Assembly (NCBI GenBank): GCA_964057225.1
Contig: OZ059895.1
Span: forward strand, 18,910,001-18,974,000
DNA from: Auanema rhodensis
Lineage: Eukaryota > Animalia > Nematoda
Direction: 5' to 3'
Length of the DNA stretch: 64,000 bases
Part shown: in pieces, positions 1 to 11,798 of the stretch
How the letters are laid out: every line of letters begins with the position of its first letter
How positions within the stretch are numbered: the first letter of the stretch is position 1
The notes under the pieces: model-generated
What the model saw: only the letters and a program-made list of their open reading frames with translations
Database searches by the model: none
What the model was told of the DNA's origin: nothing
Made by a program: the position numbers and the translations under genes

Positions 1-253
1 TCGGCGATGGTCGGCGTATAGAACAGATGGTTTGTAGGTCTGTTGCATATGATTAATTTGGTGTCTTAAGGTACCAAAAACGGCAGCAGAGCATATTGAT
101 CCTACCACTTTAACCCCAGAGCAAATTGGGATACTCCTACAACAAGGCTATTACAATATTAATTTAAATTTAAATACATACAATTTTTTAGGATTTGTTT
201 TGGAATCGATGAATCCAGTTCGGCTTAATGCTATTTTACGCGGCGAGATGTAG
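1..253 (+). CDS. 3' end of an unidentified protein-coding gene (partial, last 3 exons)
   Basis: Exons ..29, 71-146 and 192-253 join to GDGRRIEQM-VPKTAAEHIDPTTLTPEQIGILLQQG-FVLESMNPVRLNAILRGEM*. Intron 30-70 is GT-AG; intron 147-191 is GC-AG (45 nt). Family not recognised. Confidence 0.6.
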
Positions 254-493
254 ATGTAGATGATGTGTTTATTTTGTAAATAATATATGAGATTTGTTCA
301 TTTTATTTTGATTTGTAGCTGTACCAAGAAGTGCTGAAGATATGCCAAAATACAGAATTTCAATATTTTATAATGAATTTATTGCGTGTTAGTGTACAAA
401 TCTTAATTATTTACACCAGTATTATTATAACAAAATAATAACGATGGTTTACATCGTATACACGTATGAAAAACAATGAGATCAATGGTGAAA

Positions 494-2427
494 TTAATTC
501 TTCCTAGATCGTTTCAAGTCAATTGAAGAGCTAGAGTTAGGATTCTTCCGTTTACGTGCCTGAAATGAACCATACAAAATTTGTCTCCCATCAAAGTGAA
601 CTCACAATAACGGGATTTGCAGCGGTAGATACATCAATGTATGAGCAAATACGTCTAAAAGAAGTAGGAGCACCCTCCTCTCCATTAACAACACTTTCTT
701 CGAGACCACCCTCCGGAACGTTGGATATCCTCATTCGCGGTTCAATTTCCAATGTCTTAATATTTCAATGTAACCTTTAATATACAAACGGTAACTCACA
801 GTTCCACTATCTTGCATTATTGTTCGAATTGTCTCAAGTTCAAATTCGGCTGTTTGAAGTGTAGCTTTTAATTCTTGAAGTAGCATAACTTGAGAGCGGA
901 AATCGTTGTATATTTGAACAATAGCTTCGGAACCCATGGGATTCATTTCTAAATAATAAAAGTATATTAGTTCTTAAACATAACCAAAAAAAGACTTACC
1001 CATTTTACATTTTTCCAGAACAACCTCAATATTCTTAATTTTTCTTTGACCAATATTAGTTGGTAGCTTCATTTCTTGACTTCTGAAATGAGCCCCTGCT
1101 GACTTGAACTCGGGATAACGTATAGCAGATACAGAGATGTCAACCTAAGAAACCCACAATAAAATGAAGAAAAGTGATTAAAATATCTTACAGGATTGAA
1201 ATTAAATGTGGAAGTGCCAGAGACAGGCCCAGCTTTTTGTCGGAACTGTGATTTTTTCTTGCCTAAAGCAGGAGACATACCGCCACTGAAAACGAAGCAT
1301 TATAATTTTATCAAGAACCTATGTTTAGAACCTCAACGAAGGGCTGCATGGAGCTTCAGACATATTAATCAACTTTTGAAGATCTTGTGCCTTTCTCTCT
1401 CTTTCTTTCTTTCGGGCTTCAATGTTTTTAAGTTGTTTTACAAGTTCTTCTTCTTCTTCAATCTTAAACAAAGAAACATCATCTAGTATTTAATTATTGA
1501 AAATACCTCTTCCTTAGTTCTGTCCCATTGCTTGTTAAGCTGCTCCTTTCTTCTTCGTTCGTGCTCAGCATCATAACATATAGGCTCAGTTGTAACATCC
1601 TAAAAAATATTTTCAGCGAATATTTGTTCAATAACGGTACCTTAAGCATAGCTAACTCATGAACAATTGAATAAAAACGATCCTTCATATCTTCCATTGA
1701 TCTGGTTGTGCCAAATTTTGTTTTATTATAGCGATCGTGCACTATTACCCAACTGAAATAGAAACAAGTTAACTATTTTCAACAAAATTTATACCGTATA
1801 TCAAATCGCCGACACACTTCAAATAAATAATCAGTTTCTTCTCTTGACCATTTTGGCGATTTCAAATGTTTTTCATACTCTTGATCACTATATTTTGGAA
1901 TACTAATTTCCTGAAGTATAAATAATATTTCTAACACAGCTTCAAACATGACATACCTTATTAAATTTTGCAAACGGGTAAGGTTGTGGATTTTCAAGTC
2001 TATCTACTCGTTGCCAGTGGTGTAACATCAAATTATCAGTTCGAGCTTCATTAACAAAAGGAACCCATTTGTATTTTCGAACAGCTCTTAATCCTATCTA
2101 AAACATTTATTTCATATTTACGCATTGTAAAATATATTCTACCTGGGCCTTTGGGTTTCTATATCCTTTTTTAATTTCTGTTGGCATAATAGACTGAATA
2201 TCTGCAGGACGTAATAAATTAAATAATTCTCTATGCATTCCTTCGGGTTTCTTGAAGCTACCACCATCTGGTCGTTTTGATGTATTCTAAAACAATGCAA
2301 CTTATCTGATAAATAATCAAATAAATACCTTTTTTCCAACTGTTGTTAAAGAAGACAATTTTAGAGGGTTGTCTTCTTTATCCCGTCCACTGTCACCGGA
2401 TAATATAGACTGTACATCACCAATCAT
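494..2427 (-). CDS. ekl-4: DNA methyltransferase 1-associated protein 1 (DMAP1/Swc4, NuA4/SWR1 subunit), multi-exon
   Basis: All introns are GT-AG and in frame. Spliced translation includes KKPEGMHRELFNLL, KYKWVPFVNEARTDNLMLHHWQR, YPFAKFNK, a SANT domain WSREETDYLFEVCRRFDIRWVIVHDRY...RSMEDMKDRFY, YDAEHERRRKEQL and AHFRSQEMKLP, which are DMAP1 hallmarks. ATG 2427-2425, TAA 496-494. Confidence 0.93.
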
Positions 2428-2611
2428 TGTTTCCTTCTAAGAATTATAAAATAATAATAAAAAGAAACTTAATAAAGCTTTTCATAATTTATATAAGTTG
2501 AAATTCATGGAGCGTCACTACAAAATTCAAATGGTTAAAAACCAAGCGTGCTCTAATGTGAATTCAGAGTATTAATAAGGGGTACGGTATTTTTCGATAA
2601 CTGAGTATCTG
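2428..2611. promoter_or_regulatory. Bidirectional promoter region between DMAP1 (-) and the rps-20 cluster (+)
   Basis: Short divergent intergenic region. It contains the inverted pair TGGAGCGTCAC (2508-2518) / CAAGCGTGCTCTA (2543-2555) and TACGGTA (2583-2589), which resemble motifs of nematode housekeeping/germline promoters. Confidence 0.4.
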
Positions 2612-2878
2612 ATGTTTGCATTAACAATAGTAGCCATCATCTATTTCTATGTAATCCTAAATTTTGTGAGAGTCGTTTTGTTCAAGTTTTTGATCTTTTT
2701 AAGGTGTTTTGTTTGCCTATAATTGTTTTTGGAGTCCAATCAGCTTCGTTTCTCTGAATTTTATATTTTTTTGACACTTAGTCTATGTGTTATTTGCATT
2801 TTTAGTTACTCAAACTGGAAGAAGAAGAACACAGAAAGGCTAAGAACAAAAGATAGTATCAATTTTCTTGCTTTCTGA
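2612..2878 (+). CDS. Putative 51-aa single-pass membrane microprotein (3 exons) immediately upstream of rps-20
   Basis: Exons 2612-2650, 2704-2747 and 2806-2878 with GT-AG introns of 53 and 58 nt give MFALTIVAIIYFYVFCLPIIVFGVQSASYSNWKKKNTERLRTKDSINFLAF*. No homology recognised. Confidence 0.35.
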
Positions 2879-2895
2879 AAACTTCAAATCTGAAC

Positions 2896-3385
2896 ATGGT
2901 ATATTACTATTTATTCCTTATTATTTAATTTTTTTTTCTTCTTAGGCCGGAATTCATAAGAGCGAAAAGCCAGTTGGAGACAACGCTGAGCACCGTATTC
3001 GTCTTACTCTTACCTCTCAAAACGTCAAGGCTCTTGAGAAGGGTTTGTTATATTAATTTGTAGATATTATTATCTTTTAACTCTAGTTTGCTCTCAACTC
3101 ATCGATGGAGCCAAGAACGAGAACCTTGTTGTCAAGGGACCCATCCGTCTTCCAACCAAGACTCTCCGTATCACCACCCGTAAGACTCCTTGCGGAGAAG
3201 GTTCCAAGACTTGGGATCGTTTCCAGGTAATCCTTTTATTTCTATGCCAATATTTTATAAACGTTTTGTAGATGCGCATCCACAAGCGTTTGATCAACCT
3301 TCACTCTCCCGCTGATCTTCTCCGTCAGATCACCTCTATCTCTATCGAGCCAGGAGTTGATGTCGAAGTTACCCAGGCTGACTAA
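2896..3385 (+). CDS. rps-20: 40S ribosomal protein S20 (uS10)
   Basis: An ATG-only first coding exon plus 3 exons give [19 protein letters not shown]...[45 protein letters not shown]...[10 protein letters not shown]. Codon usage is strongly biased, as in highly expressed genes. Confidence 0.97.
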
Positions 3386-3563
3386 GTTGTTTCATGCGGC
3401 AAGCAGGTCCTTTTTTTAAAAGGTTTCTGTTGTTGTTGTCCGCCATTGAATAAGATTGTTGTGGTTGAATGTTTACATACATAAACCGTGTTTACATACA
3501 TGATTTTGGTTTTTTTCCTTTATATTTGAAAAGTTCTGATAATATTTCGCAAAAGTATTTGAG

Positions 3564-4237
3564 ATGGCTGAAGAGGGGGAATGTCCAATTTGCCACTGTG
3601 CTATGGTGTTGCCTACTGAAGTACCGGACTGTAAACATAAGTTTTGTTTCCTATGTTTAAAAGGTCTAAATTCAAAAAATGTTTAAAGTATTGCGAAGTT
3701 CAGGAGCTTATAACATGAGCAATGGGAAGTGTCCCATGTGTAGAGGTGATATTGATTTTGGAGTTTTTGAACAACCAAGAAGACGCATCAGTGTCCTCAG
3801 TGTTGTGGACCCTGAGCAAGGTTATTGAAAGAGTTTTTTGTAAATGTACTTTAACCCACTCTAGAGAATGTAGATGATAATACCGAAAAGCGTTATTGGT
3901 TATATGAAGTGAGTTTTTAACGGTGTGGTCTTGTGAAAAGTTATTTTCAAGGGTGGTCATGGTTGGTGGCGTTTTGATCCTAGAGTTGAAAGGGACCTTG
4001 AAAACAGCTACAGTTCTGGTTCAACTGAAGTAGAAATATGTATTTGCGGTTTTACCTACATAATTGACTTTGCTCTCATGATTCAACATAGGAAAAATGA
4101 TAGTACGCATGGATCACGAAAATTAAAGTAAATTGTTATCATATATTTGAAACGAAATTTTTTTTTGGCGTGTGAGTGCTGCTCAAATACGGAGGTTAAA
4201 CGTCAAAGGAGTTGCTGGAGTCCTAACCAGAAGGTAA
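3564..4237 (+). CDS. RNF146: RING-HC + WWE domain E3 ubiquitin ligase (RNF146/Iduna-like)
   Basis: Five exons. RING: CPICHCAMVLPTEVPDCKHKFCFLCLKG...CPMCR. WWE: YWLYEGGHGWWRFDPRVERDLE...ICGFTYIIDFALMIQHRK...RKLKR...KGVAGV. The acceptor of the last intron is ambiguous. Confidence 0.88.
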
Positions 4238-4570
4238 TGGATTCCTAGATAAATGAAATTTCTTTCTTGTATTCATTTTCCTCCTGAGGTAAATATAAAT
4301 GAACGTCCTATCTAACTACTAAAAAGATGCGTTCCAGTGACCTACATCTCATCAACGCTACGCCATTGAAATACCGCATCTAGCATTCCCAGTTTCATCC
4401 CAATTTCTCACCAATTTGGCTTATTGGGTAGTTGTGCAATCCCTTAATTTTTAAAAAATCATGTACATTTGTTGTAAATATGTAGATTTTCTTTTATAAA
4501 AATGAAATATTTTATCATGACATGTACTCGTTATGTTTTAATTTCTTATTATCAATATGTTCCTTTTAGA

Positions 4571-6122
4571 ATGCAGTGTGAGCAGCAACCGGCCATTCCT
4601 TTAACTCCAGAGCAGCAAGGCTCTGGTCAGTTTTTAGTTTTTTTTGTATTATTGATTTTACAAAAAAAAATGCTTATCCTGCTGTGAAACAGGTTTCTGG
4701 ATAGGGATATCATAAGTTTGTGTCTTGCATCCAATATTAGGTTGTGTTAGCATATAGAATAGTTAGTGTAGTTAAAATACTGAAAAGTATTTTTTCTCTA
4801 TTATGTTCGGCTAGTAGTATCATCATCTTGTTTTACGTTGTTACCTGTGCGAGTGGTTTATTCTATGAGAATCGGAATGCAACCGCCTTTCTATCTTTCG
4901 ATTAACGAAATGACTATTGACGCACGTTGCTTATTAACATTAGCATAGAGCTGTTACATCCATCCGAGTTTTGATTATTGAAAGTGCGATGATTATTGAT
5001 TGATTCGCTTAATATGATGAAGAGAAGGATAAAACTTAGAATTTAATTGATACTTTATAATAATAAATTGGAGTTTCAAAACTTAGATTCTGGCTTGCTA
5101 ATGAATGAGCTGCTGAAGGATGCGTTTGCGGCTACCGTAAGCAGAGATTACGAGAAGTATTTGCTGATTTTGATTGGAATTACTTATGAAAGTAGTTTAG
5201 AGCCGTATCAATTATAAGAAATGCTGTGGCTACTGAAGAAGCATTTGGTGTTGAAGATTTGGAGTTAATTGATCATGTTTATGCTTGTATTCTGAATACT
5301 TCACATTATGATGAGAGCGTGATCGAAGTGAGTCAAAACTTCATAGTATTCTAGTTTATGTTTTACTTTCACCTTGTTAGGTTTGTTGGGAATGGATAGA
5401 AGCATTAGAACGGGTGCCAAGAGTTAAGGATCCTCGTGTGATCTCCAGTTCACAATTAAGCATCTATTATGCCTATCATACTGTAACAAGAATATTATTT
5501 TTCACGCAATCACTTTATTCAGATTTGTCGAGTACAAGAACGCTTACCTAGACGAGGAAATCATTCCCAAATGAGAAAAGATACTTGGAAACGAGTAAAA
5601 GCTAGTTTTCAGTAAGTTTTTTATAAAATCAGTGATATATTCAAGCTATTTAAATTTTTGTCAGATATTTATGGTCAAATGCTTCACAATTTTGGAAGCC
5701 ATATGAGCTGGATCGATTGGATATTTTATGTTCATGGTCTTACTTAGCTTTGCAATACTCTGATGTATGCGAAGAAGATATTCTGCAGTTGATTGAGGTT
5801 TTATTCGCGATTTCATCGACTAGTTCGCTAGAATGTTTATGTTTAGACTGCAAAAGATCATGCTCAGCATATTTTGTCGACAACGATAGTTGTAGAAAAT
5901 GCCCATCAGGCTGGTCAACGTATTTCAACGATTGAACGTAATTTGCGAGATACGAAGGCTATAACTGATAAGATGGCACGTCGAATGGTACTCTTATAAT
6001 CATCTTTAAAAAATCGAAATAACAGTTTATGCGAATTTCAGAATGGTTCTGATCTTTCTGTGGTGCCAAATGATGACTGTGATATACTCTCAATCAAAAA
6101 ATTAAAAACTGAATGTGTCTAA
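4571..6122 (+). CDS. Uncharacterised helical protein, about 8 exons, probably nematode-specific
   Basis: A TTTTAG acceptor precedes the ATG. GT-AG introns keep one frame: MQCEQQPAIPLTPEQQGSDSGLLMNELLKDAFAATVSRDYEKAVSIIR...DHVYACILNTSHYDESVIEVCWEWIEALER...YLWSNASQFWKPYELDRLDILCSWSYLALQY...IKKLKTECV*. Confidence 0.8.
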
Positions 6123-6260
6123 GTTCGCAGTGGAACAGCAAAACGAAGTTTTTCGTGCTTCTATTTCTAGCATAGATTGTGTTTTCTAACTTAAGGCATT
6201 TTTCTTCTTTACTAAATATGAATAGAAAAAGAACAATTCAAATGATATTTAAAAAATCCT

Positions 6261-7552
6261 TTATACTTGTTCCATAGCTGTATCGGATTGTGCTTCATCT
6301 GTTGCATCTGCTGACTTTTCGGTGTTTTTCTTCTCATCATCTTCGCCACATTCCTTACTTCGTCGCATTTTTTCTTGTTTTCTATATTTGGCTCTACGGT
6401 TTTGGAACCAAACCTACAATGTTACCGAATTTTTTTTCGATTTCTCAAAACCTTGCAGTTTACCTGTACTCTGGCTTCTGTCAAATCTATACGAAGAGCT
6501 ATATCTTCACGAGTATAAATATCGGGATAATGTGTCTCCATAAAAGCTCTTTCTAATTCCTAAAATAATTATTTTTATATTTCTTTTTTTGTGGATAAAA
6601 ACAGTTTTTTTCTCATCTTTATATCTTCAAAAAAAATCCTTTATTTTTATTCAACAACTACTTCTAATCAGACTGTATTAGATTTGATGAACGAATAAGT
6701 GAAAGTTCCAACTGTTTTACCGAATTTTCGTTTTGTTTCTCGATCGCACATACATACATACGCACACAACCCTTCTTTTATTATACCTTCAGTTGTCCTG
6801 AAGTGAAAGTTGTCCTGATCCGACGCTGTTTTCTTCGTTCTGCTGGATTTCCTGAACCACACAAACTTCCTAAAAAAATTAATTTGTTTCAATATATGTG
6901 AATATAATGAATTCATGCTATACTTACCGACAAGAGATGAACCTGGAATACCAGCCATTATAGTATTTCCACGTGGTAAGCTATCAGTTCCTGTCATCAG
7001 CGACGATTTCTGATACAATTGATATTGTAATCCTGAAAAGTGTAAGGATAAAACATCAACACAACAGAAATGTTTATGCCTGTGTTAAAAAAAGCCTGTA
7101 AGGAATCATGAGTAGATTGTCTATAAGCTCCAGATTGTTGATTATTGGTTGTTTGATTAGGTAATGTTCTGAAAGTGAATCAGAATTTTGCATCACTTAA
7201 TTAAACTTGAGCTTATGCATATATTTAAAACTTGTGGCTTGATATATGTAGGATGTAGATGTAATTGCTAATAGGATTGTCCAGAAAATTATCTCTATGT
7301 CTAATTTTGATCATCAAAAACTCAAATGTAAACGGGAGAAATAAAATATTTTAAAAATATTTAGCTGTATGACCTATTTCCAGTTAGATATGGATTTGCA
7401 TATTGCCCATATAAAGTTTGTGATTGAGCAGTTGCAGCTGATCCATTCGTATAGCCTGTATTAGCAGCGGCAAGGTTGAAGTTAGCATTTAAGTGAAATG
7501 GGCTAGTCATCGCAGACTCATTCTGTTGTCCGAAATATCCACCATAATCCAT
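6261..7552 (-). CDS. ceh-17: Paired-like homeodomain transcription factor, PHOX2/CEH-17 family
   Basis: Six exons. Homeodomain [64 protein letters not shown], plus the upstream [13 protein letters not shown] and GSSLVG motifs of CEH-17. One intron is GC-AG (7033-7079). Confidence 0.93.
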
Positions 7553-7959
7553 TTTTCTCTAAAAATGGTAAGAAAAACTGTGAGATGAATGTTTATATAA
7601 GATTGTAAATCATATTTATACATGAAGAATTATCTATGTTTCATTTAAGCTTTATATAGTTGGATGGGGTTCAGCATATTCAAGTTGTATACTTGCGTGA
7701 ATTAAGCTTAGTTTGTTTCTTTTCTCGCAATGTTATCTTGTTTTAAAATTTTTAATTATATATACATATGCAGTGAAAGAAAAAAAAAGTAAAAGATTTA
7801 GAAGATGAGAAAGAGAGAAAAATTAAAAATTGGCAAGCTGATTATATACTATATTATATTATTTAAAACCCGATAAAAAAGACATTATAAGACAATAAAT
7901 TTTCAATAAATTAGAGAAACGGAATTACCGTTCAAGATAAATCTGATATGTCTCTCACA

Positions 7960-8050
7960 TCACTGGATTAATTGAGGGTGGAGCTATTGGCTGGCACAAT
8001 AGTTGTCGTTGTGCATGAAGGGGGCGTGGTCATGCTCTGATTGGCTTCTA
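7960..8050 (-). promoter_or_regulatory. Candidate ceh-17 promoter module
   Basis: GC-richer island about 420-500 bp upstream of the ATG. It holds a homeodomain core (GGATTAATTG), two CCAAT boxes (ATTGG on +) and a GC box (GGGGGCGTGG). Confidence 0.45.
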
Positions 8051-9330
8051 CTACAACACTGATGAAATTTGTTTATTTTTATATAAATTAAGTAATTATA
8101 TCAATGAAATATAAATTTTTAAAAAGAATTAATAAAAAATCTTTGACTATACATATACATCAGAAGTGAATATAGAACAAAGTATCTTTAAGGATTACGG
8201 TAGAATAATTTAACCTATAATATTTCTGTAATAAAACTATGATGGGTAGGGGTGGGAAACAAACATTTAGAACATATTTTTAATTTTTAACACAGTATCT
8301 AAGTATATTTAACTATGTTTGTGTATACAACATGAAAAATAAAATTTTAATTTGTAACTAAAATTATTTTTATGGCCATATGTAAGGATGATTAAGATAA
8401 TGGAAGCTAAATCCGACATGTTGTTGCAACCTAAGGTCAAGGGTCAGATCATGGAATTACATAGGCATTCTGGCAACATAAATTGGTATTGAAAACATAG
8501 CAGACTGTCAGCTACAATCAGAAAAGAAGTCACCAGATTTGCTATAATAGAATTTAAGCTATTTAAGAGCTTTTCACTTGTAGTAATGATACTTCTTCAA
8601 ATTTTTTTTGAACATATTGTATGTAACAATTGCTATTCGTGCATAATTTTATTATAAACTATATATATATATATATAGTAAATTCTGGGTTCATAACTAT
8701 ATACAAAATATTATTAACTATAATTAAACATATAACCTGTATTAAACCATATTTCTTGATATCTTAGATAGTTTATGTTATTCGTTGAGCAAGTCTAAAA
8801 TATCCTAATTTGCTATTCTTACTTGGAAGCATGTATTACGGTAGTATTGGAAAAGTCAATTAGATGAAATTAGTGTCTGAAACACACAGCATAAATTCAA
8901 TTTTCTGGTTTGAATCATTGATTTTCAGCTTGAGTTTTGTTATATAGCATCCGATTCTTTACAGACATCAGTTACAATTTGGTGGTCTTTTTGTTTTACT
9001 TCCTGATTACAGTACTGGTAGTTATCGAGTAAAAAAGGAGTTTTATTAGTTTAAATTTAAATCTAGTTTTCATATAATTCTTATCAAGTTATAACAAGTT
9101 GTAAGTTTTATAACAGTTATCATGATTCAATAGCCAGAATCATTTGAATATTTTAATTATTTTAAAGAAAATCTACTGTATATGTATATAAGGTTACGTA
9201 TTCAAAAAGTTCAAAGAAAATAATATTAAACTTTTATTTTTAAATAAATAATAAACACGTGGAATAAGTATATATGTATGTATAGAATAATATAATAAAA
9301 AAAAGAATACAAAATGCGATTATCATAAAA

Positions 9331-11661
<2,331 letters not shown>

Positions 11662-11785
11662 TTGATTTGTTCGTTTTTAAAAAGTAATGAAAGATATATG
11701 GAGTTAGTAGTGAAGGGAAAAGCTTTCCTAAAACCAAAATGAGAAAGATTTTGAAGTAACAAAAGGAGGAGGACTTCGAAGAGAT

Positions 11786-11798
11786 GTTACCAAGCAAC
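11786..11798. promoter_or_regulatory. X-box (RFX/DAF-19 site)
   Basis: GTTACC-A-AGCAAC fits GTNRCC(N0-3)RGYAAC and lies about 125 bp upstream of the tba-6 ATG, the usual position in nematode ciliary genes. Confidence 0.65.

Noticed and set aside
3094-3297. Minus-strand ORF over rps-20, and similar shadow ORFs over DMAP1, ceh-17 and unc-13
   Set aside because: These are antisense shadows of real exons.
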